Assembly (NCBI GenBank): GCA_001771935.1
Contig: MERD01000058.1
Coordinates: 17,440 to 81,439, forward strand
DNA: 64,000 nt
Source of the DNA: Betaproteobacteria bacterium RIFCSPLOWO2_02_FULL_67_26
GTDB taxonomy: Bacteria > Pseudomonadota > Gammaproteobacteria > Burkholderiales > SG8-41
Direction of reading: 5' to 3'
Shown one piece after another: positions 18,493 through 27,465 of the stretch (position 1 is its first letter; the number at the start of each line of letters is the position of its first letter). The position numbers and the translations under genes were made by a program. Below the pieces are notes generated by a model, which did no database searches, was not told the DNA's origin, and saw only the letters and a list, made by a program, of their open reading frames with translations.

Positions 18493-18505
18493 TGCGAATT
18501 ATAGC

Positions 18506-19669
18506 CTATTTTCCCGCGTCGGCCTTGAGCGCCGCCGCCTTGTCGGTCGCCTCCCACGTGAACTCGGGCTCGTCGCGCCCGAAGTGGCCGTAGGCGGCGG
18601 TCTTGAAGTAGATCGGCCGCAGCAGGTCGAGCGCCTTGATGATGCCCTTGGGGCGCAGGTCGAAGTGCTTCTCGACCAGCTTGGCGATCTTGTAGTCGGC
18701 GACGGTCCCGGTGCCGAAGGTTTCGACGAACACGCTCACCGGGCGCGCGACCCCGATCGCGTAGGCGACCTGGAGCTCGCACTTTTTCGCGAGGCCGGCG
18801 GCGACGATGTTCTTCGCGACGTGGCGCGCGGCGTACGCCGCCGAGCGGTCCACCTTGGAGGGGTCCTTGCCGGAGAACGCGCCGCCGCCGTGGCGCGAAT
18901 AGCCGCCGTAGGTGTCGACGATGATCTTGCGGCCGGTGAGCCCCGTGTCGCCCAGCGGCCCGCCGATGACGAAGCGCCCGGTGGGGTTGATCAGGTACTT
19001 GGTGTCCCTGGTGATCATGTTCCTGGGGAGCACCGGCTTCACGATCTCCTCGACCACCGCCTCGGTCAGCGGCTCGTGCGAGATGTCCTCGCGGTGCTGG
19101 GTCGAGATCACGACGGTGTCGACGTGATGCGGTTTTCCGTCCACGTAGCGCACGGAAACCTGGGATTTCGCGTCCGGTCGCAGCCACGGCAGGCGGCCGT
19201 CCTTGCGCAACTCCGCGTGGCGCTCCATCAGGCGGTGCGCGTAATAGATCGGGAACGGCATCAGCGTCGGCGTCTCGTCGCACGCAAAGCCGTACATCAG
19301 GCCCTGGTCGCCGGCGCCCTGCTCGAGGTCGAGGCCCTTGCCCTCGTCCACGCCCTGCGCGATGTCGGCCGACTGCCGGTCGTAGGCGGTGAGCACCGCG
19401 CACGAGCGGTAATCGAAGCCCATCGACGAGTCGTCGTAGCCGATGCCCTTGATGACGTCGCGCGCGAGCTCGCCGTAGTTGACCGCGGCATGGGTCGTGA
19501 TCTGGCCCGCCATCACCACCAGCCCGGTCGCGACCAGCGTCTCGGCGGCGACGCGGCCGTTGCGATCCTGCGCGAGTACCGCGTCGAGGACCGCGTCGGA
19601 GATCTGGTCCGCGATCTTGTCGGGATGCCCCTCGGAAACGGACTCGGAAGTGAACAGGAAATCGCTCAT
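18506..19669 (-). CDS. metK: S-adenosylmethionine synthetase
   Basis: [15 protein letters not shown] at the N-terminus and the GGGAFSGKD loop. Confidence 0.95.
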   Translation of the reverse strand: MSDFLFTSESVSEGHPDKIADQISDAVLDAVLAQDRNGRVAAETLVATGLVVMAGQITTHAAVNYGELARDVIKGIGYDDSSMGFDYRSCAVLTAYDRQSADIAQGVDEGKGLDLEQGAGDQGLMYGFACDETPTLMPFPIYYAHRLMERHAELRKDGRLPWLRPDAKSQVSVRYVDGKPHHVDTVVISTQHREDISHEPLTEAVVEEIVKPVLPRNMITRDTKYLINPTGRFVIGGPLGDTGLTGRKIIVDTYGGYSRHGGGAFSGKDPSKVDRSAAYAARHVAKNIVAAGLAKKCELQVAYAIGVARPVSVFVETFGTGTVADYKIAKLVEKHFDLRPKGIIKALDLLRPIYFKTAAYGHFGRDEPEFTWEATDKAAALKADAGK

Positions 19670-19737
19670 TTATTTTTCTCGAAACGGAAAAAGGCGCTTA
19701 GAATAACAGATAAGCCTCGATTTACAAACCCGAATTC

Positions 19738-20619
19738 ATGCTCGTTGCGCTGTTCCGCCTGCTCGCGCGGCTGCCGCTTTCGTGGCTGCACGGCACCGGA
19801 GCGGCGCTGGGTTGGCTGGTGTACTGGTGCTCGCCGGCCTACTCCGCGCGCCTGCGCGAAAACCTCTACGGCTCGGGCGTGTGCGCGGGCGATGCGCAAT
19901 GCGCCCCGCTGCTGCGCGCGGCGGTCGGCGCTGCCGGAAAGGGCGTCACCGAGCTGGTCGCGGTCTGGTTTGGCAACGCCGAGAAGGTCGCCGGGCTGGT
20001 CGTCGAATGCGAGCGCTGGGACGCGGCCGTTGCCGCGCGCGCGCGCGGCAACGGCATCATCTTTCTCACGCCGCACCTGGGTTGTTTCGAGATCTCGGCG
20101 CTCTACGCCGCGCGCCGCGCGCCGCTCACGGTGTTGTATCGCCCGCCGAAACTGCGCTGGATCGAGCCCTTGATGATGGTTGGACGCACCCGCTCGGGTG
20201 CCGTGCTGGCGCCGGCGAACCTGAGGGGGGTGCGCATGCTCTACAAGGCCCTCGCGCGCGGCGAAGCGGTGGGATTGCTGCCGGACCAGGCGCCGGGCGT
20301 GGGCGAAGGCGTGTGGGCGGAATTCTTCGGCCGGCCCGCCTACACCATGACGCTGGTGCGGCGCCTGCAGCAGGCGAGCGGCGCGGCGGTGATCATGGCC
20401 TTCGCCGAGCGCCTGCCGGCGGGCCGCGGCTACCGGCTGCATTTCCAGGAACTGCCGGTGCGGGACCTCGATGAGGCCGCGCTCAACCGCGCGGTGGAAG
20501 CCCAGGTGCGGCGCTGCCCGGAGCAGTACTTGTGGAGCTACAACCGCTACAAGACGCCGGCAGGGGCGGAGCCGCCGCCGGCTAAGGCACAAGGCACAAG
20601 GCATAAGTCACAAGGATGA
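19738..20619 (+). CDS. Lipid A biosynthesis late acyltransferase (LpxL/HtrB/MsbB family)
   Basis: Acyltransferase motif TPHLGCFE and C-terminal PEQYLWSYNRYK. The last 11 codons ([11 protein letters not shown]) are a translation of the AAGGCAC repeat tract. Confidence 0.8.
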   Translation: MLVALFRLLARLPLSWLHGTGAALGWLVYWCSPAYSARLRENLYGSGVCAGDAQCAPLLRAAVGAAGKGVTELVAVWFGNAEKVAGLVVECERWDAAVAARARGNGIIFLTPHLGCFEISALYAARRAPLTVLYRPPKLRWIEPLMMVGRTRSGAVLAPANLRGVRMLYKALARGEAVGLLPDQAPGVGEGVWAEFFGRPAYTMTLVRRLQQASGAAVIMAFAERLPAGRGYRLHFQELPVRDLDEAALNRAVEAQVRRCPEQYLWSYNRYKTPAGAEPPPAKAQGTRHKSQG

Positions 20620-20659
20620 CAAAGCAAGGCAGAAGGCAAAGGTCACAAGGCACAAGGCC
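20584..20659 (+). repeat. Tract of about 11 tandem AAGGCAC-type heptamers
   Basis: The tract reads aaggcac aaggcac aaggcat aagtcac aaggatg acaaagc aaggcag aaggcaa aggtcac aaggcac aaggcc. Confidence 0.8.
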
Positions 20660-20698
20660 GGGTACGGCGGCTTCGGTGGAGGCTAGAGCAAGAGCCAC

Positions 20699-20732
20699 CT
20701 TTTGCCTTTTGCCTTATGCCTTTTGCCTTGGG
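20699..20732 (+). repeat. Inverted copy of the AAGGCA-heptamer element
   Basis: The reverse complement, ccaaggcaaaaggcataaggcaaaaggcaaaa, is nearly identical to 27098..27130. Confidence 0.8.
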
Positions 20733-20740
20733 AGCGCGGC

Positions 20741-21616
20741 GTGTTGACGCGGGCCGCGCTCGGGCTGGTGTGGCTGCTGCACTTCCTGCCCCTGTGGCTG
20801 CTCGCCGCGCTTGGGCGGGGAGTGGGAATTCTGCTTTACTTGCTGGGACGTGAGCGGCGTCAGGTCGTGCTCACCAACCTCGGGCTGTGCTTTCCGCAAC
20901 TGGGGGAAACCGGGCGCCGGGCGCTTGCGCGGGCTCACTTCCGGGCGTTCGGCCGCAGCCTGCTCGAGCACGGCATCCTGTGGTGGTCTTCCCGGGAACG
21001 GGTGCAGCGGCTGGTGCGGGTCGAAGGACTCGAGCACTGGCAGGCGGTGGCCGGCCGGCCGGTGATCTTCCTGGCGCCGCATTTCATCGGGCTCGATATG
21101 GGGGGCATACGCCTGGGCTCGGAGTATCGCGTGGTCTCGGTCTACAGCCGCCAGAAGGACCCCGCGTTTGACGAGGTGCTCTACCACGGCCGCACCCGGT
21201 TCGTGATGCCCGAGCTGTTTTCGCGCCAGGAAGGCGTGCGCTCGGTGATCAAGGCGCTGCGCCGGGGGCTGCCGTTCTACTATCTGCCGGACATGGATTT
21301 CGGCAGCCGCGATTCGATCTTCGTGCCGTTCTTCGGCGTGGCGACGGCGACCATCACCGGCCTGTCGCGCATCGCCAGGCTCGCCGGCGCCGTCGTGGTG
21401 CCGGCGGTCACGCGGCAGCTGCCGGGAGCGGGCGGCTACGTGCTCGCTTTCTACCCGGCGTGGCGGGATTTTCCGAGTGATGACCTCGAGCGCGACACCC
21501 GGCGCATGAACGCCTTCATCGAGGCGCGGGTGCTCGAGATGCCGGAGCAGTACTACTGGCTGCACAAGCGCTTCAAGACGCGGCCGCCGGGCGAGGCGCG
21601 CTTCTATGATGAGTGA
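20741..21616 (+). CDS. Second lipid A late acyltransferase (LpxL/LpxM family)
   Basis: Motif APHFIGLDM and C-terminal PEQYYWLHKRFK. I chose GTG 20741, which follows GGAG at 20731. The ORF-track start TTG 20702 lies inside the repeat element. Confidence 0.8.
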   Translation: MLTRAALGLVWLLHFLPLWLLAALGRGVGILLYLLGRERRQVVLTNLGLCFPQLGETGRRALARAHFRAFGRSLLEHGILWWSSRERVQRLVRVEGLEHWQAVAGRPVIFLAPHFIGLDMGGIRLGSEYRVVSVYSRQKDPAFDEVLYHGRTRFVMPELFSRQEGVRSVIKALRRGLPFYYLPDMDFGSRDSIFVPFFGVATATITGLSRIARLAGAVVVPAVTRQLPGAGGYVLAFYPAWRDFPSDDLERDTRRMNAFIEARVLEMPEQYYWLHKRFKTRPPGEARFYDE

Positions 21617-21630
21617 CGAGTGACGGGTGA
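21607..21630 (+). repeat. Period-7 TGA array at the acyltransferase / GNAT junction
   Basis: TGA occurs at 21607, 21614 (the gene's stop), 21621 and 21628. The units are GAGTGAC GAGTGAC GGGTGAT. Confidence 0.7.
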
Positions 21631-22163
21631 TGGGTGCTGACGAGGTTCGGATCGAACGGCTGGCCGCGGCCGACGTCGAGCCGCTCTACGTGCTCGCGCG
21701 CGAGATCTGGCATGCCCATTACCCCGCCATCGTCAGCGCGGCGCAGATAGAATACATGCTGGAGCAGCGCTACAACCCAGGGGTCGTGCAGTCCGAATTG
21801 CGGCGCGACGACTTGTGGTGGGACAAGCTGATGGTGGGCGAGGTCATGGCGGGGTTCGCGTCGTACTTTCTCACCGGCGCGCCCGGCGAGATGAAGCTCG
21901 ACAAGCTCTACGTGCACCCGCGGCACCAGCGCCAGGGCTACGGCGGCAGGATGATCGACCGCGCCTGCGAAATCGCGCGCGCGCGCGGCTGCAACCGGCT
22001 CACGCTGGCGGTGAACAAGAACAATCGCAGCGCGGTGAACGCCTACCTGAAGCACGGCTTCCGCATCGCGGATGCCGTGGTCAAGGATATCGGCCAGGGC
22101 TTCGTGATGGACGACTTCATTATGGAAAAAGCCGTAATGGGTGATGGGTCCCCCGAGGGATGA
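21627..22163 (+). CDS. GNAT family N-acetyltransferase
   Basis: Acetyl-CoA binding motif HPRHQRQGYGGRMI and LAVNKNNRSAVNAYLKHGF. Confidence 0.8.
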   Translation: MMGADEVRIERLAAADVEPLYVLAREIWHAHYPAIVSAAQIEYMLEQRYNPGVVQSELRRDDLWWDKLMVGEVMAGFASYFLTGAPGEMKLDKLYVHPRHQRQGYGGRMIDRACEIARARGCNRLTLAVNKNNRSAVNAYLKHGFRIADAVVKDIGQGFVMDDFIMEKAVMGDGSPEG

Positions 22164-22187
22164 GGGATGAGGGATGAGGGATGACCC
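22134..22187 (+). repeat. Period-7 array (GTAATGG GTGATGG ... GAGGGAT x3 GACCCAA)
   Basis: TGA occurs at 22161 (the GNAT stop), 22168, 22175 and 22182. Confidence 0.7.
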
Positions 22188-22211
22188 AAGACCGCCGCCC
22201 GGAGCCGCTCA

Positions 22212-22628
22212 ATGAAGTTTGAGAATCCCGGGGTGGAGGAGCTGTGCGCGCTGTTGAAGCGGGTGAAGACGATCGCGGTGGTGGGGCTCTCCCCCAATCC
22301 CGCCCGCCCGAGCTTCGGCGTGGCGCAGGCCATGCAGGGGTTTGGGTACCGCATTATTCCGGTGCACCCGGCGGCCAGGGAAATCCTTGGGGCCAAGGCC
22401 TACCCCCGCCTTGCCGATATCCCCCAGCCGGTTGACCTTGTCAACGTATTCCGCCGGGCCGAGCATCTGGACGGGGTAGTGGAGGACTGCCTCGGTCTTG
22501 GACTTAAAAACCTTTGGATTCAAGAGGGTATCGTAAACGAGCCAGCCGCCCTGCGGGCCCGGTCGAGGGGCATGACCGTCGTCATGGATCGCTGTATCTA
22601 CCGTGATTATCGTCAATTCTGTAGCTAA
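22212..22628 (+). CDS. CoA-binding domain protein (YccU/YneT-like)
   Basis: KTIAVVGLSPNPARPS and GYRIIPVHP are typical of the small CoA-binding family. Confidence 0.8.
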   Translation: MKFENPGVEELCALLKRVKTIAVVGLSPNPARPSFGVAQAMQGFGYRIIPVHPAAREILGAKAYPRLADIPQPVDLVNVFRRAEHLDGVVEDCLGLGLKNLWIQEGIVNEPAALRARSRGMTVVMDRCIYRDYRQFCS

Positions 22629-23459
22629 ATGCGTCTAAAATTCACTAAAATGCATGGACTGGGCAACGATTTCGTCGTTTTGGACGCCCTGACCCGTCCG
22701 CTCAACCTGACACCCGAGCAAATACGCCGCATCGCCGACCGGCATTACGGAGTGGGCTGTGACCAGGTTCTCCAGGTCGAGCCGCCACGCCTGCCGGACA
22801 CGGATTTCTACTACCGCATCTACAACGCCGATGGCGGCGAGGTGGAGCAATGCGGCAACGGCGCGCGCTGCTTCGTACGCTACGTCCGCGACCGGGGGCT
22901 CACCACCCGGACCGAAATCCGGGTCGGCACCCGCGCCGGGGTGATCGTGCCGCGGGTGGAGGACGACGGCCAGGTGACCGTCAATATGGGGGTGCCGGAA
23001 TTCGAGCCGGCGCGCATACCCTTCGATGCCGGGAAGCAGGCACCGGTCTATGGGCTCGAGGTCGGCGGCCGGAGCGTGGACGTGAGCGTGCTGTCCGTGG
23101 GCAATCCGCACGCGGTGCAGGTCGTCGCCGATATCGAGCGCGCGCCGGTGGCGGAGCAGGGGCCGTTGATCGAGCGCCACCCGCGCTTCCCGCAGCGGGT
23201 CAACGCCGGCTATATGCAGATCGTCAGCCGCCGGCGCATCCTGCTGCGCGTCCATGAGCGGGGCGCCGGGGAGACGCTCGCGTGCGGCAGCGGCGCCTGT
23301 GCCGCGGTGGCGGCCGGCGTGACGCGCGGGCTGCTCGATCGCAGGGTCACCGTGGCGACGCGCGGCGGCGACCTCGGTATATCATGGGCGGGCGAGGGCG
23401 AGCCGGTGATGATGACCGGTCCGGCGGTTGCGGTGTTCGAAGGCGAAATGGAGATTTGA
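22629..23459 (+). CDS. dapF: Diaminopimelate epimerase
   Basis: [17 protein letters not shown] and the catalytic Cys contexts CGNGARC and ACGSGA. Confidence 0.95.
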   Translation: MRLKFTKMHGLGNDFVVLDALTRPLNLTPEQIRRIADRHYGVGCDQVLQVEPPRLPDTDFYYRIYNADGGEVEQCGNGARCFVRYVRDRGLTTRTEIRVGTRAGVIVPRVEDDGQVTVNMGVPEFEPARIPFDAGKQAPVYGLEVGGRSVDVSVLSVGNPHAVQVVADIERAPVAEQGPLIERHPRFPQRVNAGYMQIVSRRRILLRVHERGAGETLACGSGACAAVAAGVTRGLLDRRVTVATRGGDLGISWAGEGEPVMMTGPAVAVFEGEMEI

Positions 23460-23469
23460 AGGAAAAACG

Positions 23470-24117
23470 ATGAAGCCAGAAGAAGTCGCGGCCTATCTCA
23501 AGGAACACCCGGAATTCTTCGAGGACTATGCGGAACGGCTGGCGGAGATCTATATACCGCATCCGCACGGCGGGCGCGCGATACCGATCAGCGAGCGCCA
23601 GATCGTGACGCTGCGCGAGAAAAACCGGCAACTCGAGGGCAAGCTGCGCGAGGTGATCCATTTCGGCGAGGAGAACGACGCGATCAGCGAGAAGGTGCAC
23701 CGCATCTCGCTGGCACTGCTGGCGGCCTCGGATATCCGTGGCGTGCTCAACGCCGCCTATCTCAACCTGCGCGAGGATTTCGCGGTGCCGCACGTCACGC
23801 TGCGGATCTGGCGCCCCGGAAACCAGGCGGAACTGGCGGATTTCAGGCCGGTGAGCGACGCGACGCGCGAATTCGCGGCCAGCCTGACCCATCCCTGCTG
23901 CATCGGTCACGCCATGGTCGACACCGCGGCGCTGTTCGGCGAGGCCGGGCCCCACCTGCGCTCCTTCTCCTACCTGCCGCTGCGGGACAGCGAGACGTTC
24001 GGCCTGCTGGCGCTGGCCAGCGAAGATCCCCAGCGCTTCTATCCTGAAATGGGGACGCTCTATCTGAAGCGGCTGGGCGAGCTCGTCGGCGCCGCCGTGG
24101 CGCGGCACCTCACATGA
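23470..24117 (+). CDS. DUF484 family protein (YigA-like)
   Basis: ATG at 23470. The N-terminus VAAYLKEHPEFFEDY is typical of DUF484. It sits in the conserved position between dapF and xerC. Confidence 0.8.
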   Translation: MKPEEVAAYLKEHPEFFEDYAERLAEIYIPHPHGGRAIPISERQIVTLREKNRQLEGKLREVIHFGEENDAISEKVHRISLALLAASDIRGVLNAAYLNLREDFAVPHVTLRIWRPGNQAELADFRPVSDATREFAASLTHPCCIGHAMVDTAALFGEAGPHLRSFSYLPLRDSETFGLLALASEDPQRFYPEMGTLYLKRLGELVGAAVARHLT

Positions 24118-24189
24118 AGGTGATAGGCAGAAGGAAATGGCCGAGGTGCGCTTGCATCATATGTAATATCAACCACTTGCGGCAGGTAA

Positions 24190-25116
24190 GTGGGCGCTAA
24201 CTCAGTCGCTGAAAAACCCGCGGTACGGCCCGCGAACCCGCTGTTGCGCGGTTATCTCGAGCACCTGTCCAACGAGCGCCGCCTTTCCCGGCACACGGTC
24301 GAAAACTACGCGCGAGACATCGCCGCGCTGCTCGAGCTCTCGCGCGACACGCCGCTCAAGCAGCTCCAGGTCAACCAGGTGCGCCGCCACGTCGCCCAGC
24401 TGCACGCGCGGGGACTGAATGGCAGGACGCTTGCGCGCATGCTCTCCGCGTGGCGCGGATTATTTCACTACCTCGCGCGCGATCACGGCTACACCCAGAA
24501 TCCCTGCGTCGGCATCCGGCCCCCGCGGGCGGCGAAACACCTGCCGCACGCGCTCTCGCCCGACGAGGCGGGGCGCCTGATGCAGTTCGACGCGGCCGAT
24601 CCCCTGGCCGTGCGCGACAAGGCCATCATGGAGCTGCTCTACTCGTCCGGCCTGCGGCTTGCGGAGTTGACGGGCCTCGCGCCCGACGACGTGAACTTCC
24701 GGGACGCGACCGTGCGCGTCACCGGCAAGGGCGCCAAGACGCGCATCGTTCCCGTGGGCAGCTTCGCGCTCGCGGCGCTCAAGGCATGGCTCGCCGCGCG
24801 CGGGCAACTGGCGCAGCCCGCGCAGCCGGCGCTGTTCGTCGGCCGCGACGGCGCGGCCCTGGGACCGCGCGCGGTGCAGGCGCGGCTCAAGCACTGGGCG
24901 CTCAAGCTGGGGCTCGCGGACAAGGTGCACCCGCACGCGCTGCGGCACTCCTTCGCCTCGCACCTGCTGCAGTCGAGCGGGGACCTGCGCGCGGTGCAGG
25001 AGATGCTGGGACACGCGAGCATCTCCACGACGCAGGTTTACACGCAGCTCGACTTTCAGCACCTGGCGAAGGTATACGATCAGGCTCACCCCCGCGCGAG
25101 GCGAAAAAGCAGATGA
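24190..25116 (+). CDS. xerC: Tyrosine recombinase XerC
   Basis: C-terminal catalytic motifs HALRHSFASHLL and GHASISTTQVYT, in dapF-DUF484-xerC synteny. Confidence 0.9.
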   Translation: MGANSVAEKPAVRPANPLLRGYLEHLSNERRLSRHTVENYARDIAALLELSRDTPLKQLQVNQVRRHVAQLHARGLNGRTLARMLSAWRGLFHYLARDHGYTQNPCVGIRPPRAAKHLPHALSPDEAGRLMQFDAADPLAVRDKAIMELLYSSGLRLAELTGLAPDDVNFRDATVRVTGKGAKTRIVPVGSFALAALKAWLAARGQLAQPAQPALFVGRDGAALGPRAVQARLKHWALKLGLADKVHPHALRHSFASHLLQSSGDLRAVQEMLGHASISTTQVYTQLDFQHLAKVYDQAHPRARRKSR

Positions 25117-25153
25117 TCCGGACCGGAAGACGGCACGGCTGAGGCACGGGGCG

Positions 25154-25906
25154 ATGCAAAATCTGCGTCGTATCGCATTCTTCTGGAAGGGCCAGGACAC
25201 CTCGTTCCCGACGATCCTGGTGCTCTCGATCCGGCGGACATTCGGCTCCGACATCGAGGTCGTGCAGTTGAGTGACCCGGATACGCCGGAGGTCGAGGGC
25301 GTGAGCCGGTGCCAGCGCATGAAACTCTCCCCCCTGATGATGGTGGCCCGGCTCGAGGCGTACCGCAGCCTGGCCATCAGCGAGCCGACGCTGTTTCTCG
25401 ACGCGGACATGATGGTCGTCAAGCCGTTCGACCTGCCCGCCCTGCAGGCGAACGAGATCGGCGTCACCCCGAGAGACGAAAGGGTGGAAATCAACTGGCG
25501 CGCGCCGATCGAGTTCCCGGAGTTCAAGGGAAAGTATTTCTGCGACGAAATGCCCTATATCTATTCGTTCATTTACACCAGCACGCCGGAGCTCTTCGCG
25601 CGCCAGCTCGATCAGCTCCGCAAGCTGCCCCGGCGGTTCCAGGAGTGGTACGGCGACCAAGTCACGCTGAAGCACGAGCTCGATTCGCAGCAGCGGTTCA
25701 TCCGGCGGGACTTCGACGTGCGCATCTACAATCGGGCCGTCCAGTCGGTCGGCGAATTCAACGTCGTCCTCGGCACCGAGCTCGATGTCTGCATCGTGCA
25801 TTTCAAGGGGCCGCGCGGGAAAATCATGCTCGAGGCGGTAATGCGGTTCCTTCGCGGCGCGCCGGCCGGGCGCCGGTCCCCGGCAGGCATCCGCCTGCAA
25901 AAGTAA
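25154..25906 (+). CDS. Hypothetical protein, possibly a GT-A fold glycosyltransferase (DXD-like LDADMMV)
   Basis: No family was recognised with confidence. It has a DXD-like motif after a beta-strand, and GC is lower than in the neighbouring genes by hand count of a few lines. Confidence 0.45.
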   Translation: MQNLRRIAFFWKGQDTSFPTILVLSIRRTFGSDIEVVQLSDPDTPEVEGVSRCQRMKLSPLMMVARLEAYRSLAISEPTLFLDADMMVVKPFDLPALQANEIGVTPRDERVEINWRAPIEFPEFKGKYFCDEMPYIYSFIYTSTPELFARQLDQLRKLPRRFQEWYGDQVTLKHELDSQQRFIRRDFDVRIYNRAVQSVGEFNVVLGTELDVCIVHFKGPRGKIMLEAVMRFLRGAPAGRRSPAGIRLQK

Positions 25907-25910
25907 AAAA

Positions 25911-27092
25911 TTGGGCAAGCTGATACTCAAGCCGGGGCGGGAGAAGTCGCTCAAGCGCCGGCACCCCTGGGTGTTCTCCGGCGCGGTGGCGAAGCTGCAG
26001 GGCGAGCCGGGCGCGGGCGATACGGTGGAGGTGCATTCGGCCACCGGGGAATTCCTCGCGCTCGCCGCCTACAGCCCGCAATCGCAGATCGTCGCCCGCG
26101 TATGGGATTGGAAAAAGCGCGCCATCGACGGCGCGTTTTTCGAGGAGCGCGTCAAGCGGGCGCTGGAGCAGCGCCGGGCGCTGCTGGAAACCGGGGCCGC
26201 CGGCGCGCTACGCCTGGTGCACGGCGAATCGGACGGGCTGCCGGGGGTGGTCGCCGACCGCTATGGGGACACCGTGGTGGTGCAACTGACGAGCGCGGGG
26301 GCGGAGCGCTGGCGTGAAACCATCGCGGATGCCTTGCTCCAGGCCGGAGGGGTCCGGCGGATCTGGGAGCGCTCGGATGCCGAAGTGAGGGCCCTGGAAG
26401 GACTGGCGCCCGTAACGGCGGCGCTGCGCGGCGCGCGCGAGCCCACGCGCATCACGGTCGCCGAGAACGGCCTCGAATTCGGGGTCGACCTCGAGCACGG
26501 GCACAAGACCGGCTTTTATCTCGATCAGCGCGATAACCGGCGGCGGGCGCGCACGCTGGCGCGGGAGCGCGACGTGCTCGACGGCTTCTGCTACAGCGGC
26601 GGCTTCGCGCTCAACGCGCTTGCCGGGGGCGCGCGGTCCGTCACGGCCATGGACAGCTCGGCCGACGCGCTGGGCCTTGCCCGGGAGAATGCGGAGCGCA
26701 ACCGCCTGGCAGGCGTGAACTGGATCGAAGGCGACGTATTCCAGCGGCTGCGGAAATTTCGCGACGAAGGGAAGCGCTTCGACCTCGTGGTGCTCGACCC
26801 GCCCAAATTCGCGCCGACCGCCACGCACGCGCCCAAGGCCGCGCGCGCCTACAAGGACATCAACCTGCTCGCGTTCAAGCTGCTGCGTCCCGGGGGCCTG
26901 CTGATGACGTTCTCCTGCTCGGGCGGCGTCTCGCCCGACCTCTTCCAGAAAATCGTCGCCGGCGCGGCGCTCGACGCCGGTGTCGATGCGCAGATCATCG
27001 AGCGGCTGGGTCCCGGCGCCGATCACCCGGTGGCGCTCAACTTTCCGGAAGGGGACTACCTGAAGGGGCTCGTCTGCCGGGTGCCCGGCTAG
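25911..27092 (+). CDS. rlmI: 23S rRNA (cytosine1962-C5)-methyltransferase RlmI
   Basis: N-terminal KPGREKSLKRRHPWVFSGAV, the SAM-binding region LDGFCYSGGF, and LDPPKF. Confidence 0.85.
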   Translation: MGKLILKPGREKSLKRRHPWVFSGAVAKLQGEPGAGDTVEVHSATGEFLALAAYSPQSQIVARVWDWKKRAIDGAFFEERVKRALEQRRALLETGAAGALRLVHGESDGLPGVVADRYGDTVVVQLTSAGAERWRETIADALLQAGGVRRIWERSDAEVRALEGLAPVTAALRGAREPTRITVAENGLEFGVDLEHGHKTGFYLDQRDNRRRARTLARERDVLDGFCYSGGFALNALAGGARSVTAMDSSADALGLARENAERNRLAGVNWIEGDVFQRLRKFRDEGKRFDLVVLDPPKFAPTATHAPKAARAYKDINLLAFKLLRPGGLLMTFSCSGGVSPDLFQKIVAGAALDAGVDAQIIERLGPGADHPVALNFPEGDYLKGLVCRVPG

Positions 27093-27097
27093 ACGAG

Positions 27098-27183
27098 CCA
27101 AGGCAAAAGGCATAAGGCACAAGGCAAAAGAGGCACGAAACGCTTTCATTCTTGTGCCTTGTGACTTGTGCCTTGTGCCTTGG
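27098..27183. repeat. Imperfect ~33-bp inverted repeat of AAGGCA-type heptamers between the convergent genes rlmI and yidD; a probable bidirectional terminator hairpin
   Basis: The left arm is ccaaggcaaaaggcataaggcacaaggcaaaag (27098..27130). The reverse complement of the right arm is ccaaggcacaaggcacaagtcacaaggcacaag (27151..27183). The right arm encodes the yidD tail [13 protein letters not shown]. Confidence 0.7.
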
Positions 27184-27391
27184 GTGGGACGGGGTCCGGC
27201 CCGCCGGGGTGCCACGGCCCGCAGCGCAGGATGCGCAGGACGGCGAGCCAGGACCCTTTGATCGAGCCGTGCACCTCGATCGCCTCCCGCGCGTAACTCG
27301 AACAGGTCGGGTAGAAGCGGCACTGGCGCCCGAAAAACGGCGACAACAGCAGCCGGTAAGCGTCGATCAGCCCGAGCAGCACCGTTTTCAT
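27146..27391 (-). CDS. yidD: Membrane protein insertion efficiency factor YidD
   Basis: [31 protein letters not shown] is the YidD signature. Confidence 0.85.
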   Translation of the reverse strand: MKTVLLGLIDAYRLLLSPFFGRQCRFYPTCSSYAREAIEVHGSIKGSWLAVLRILRCGPWHPGGPDPVPPKAQGTSHKAQE

Positions 27392-27420
27392 CGCCTGGAG
27401 TATATAAGCTGGGGCCTTAA

Positions 27421-27435
27421 TGCAACAGAGTTGCG
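27421..27435. promoter_or_regulatory. Palindrome TGCAACagaGTTGCG upstream of zur (candidate Zur operator)
   Basis: It overlaps a plausible -35 (TTGCGT), which is followed by 17 nt and TCTAAT. A near-identical palindrome lies at 27936..27950. Confidence 0.4.
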
Positions 27436-27465
27436 TGCAAGCGCGGCCCGTGGTCTAATCGCCTC

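Noticed and set aside
24145-24172. A dif-like sequence, GGTGCGCTTGCATCATATGTAATATCAA, lies just upstream of xerC.
   Set aside because: Only the first 7 nt (GGTGCGC) of the 11-nt XerC-arm (GGTGCGCATAA) match the dif consensus as I remember it. The central region and XerD arm (TTATGTTAAAT) do not match. It is more likely promoter sequence.
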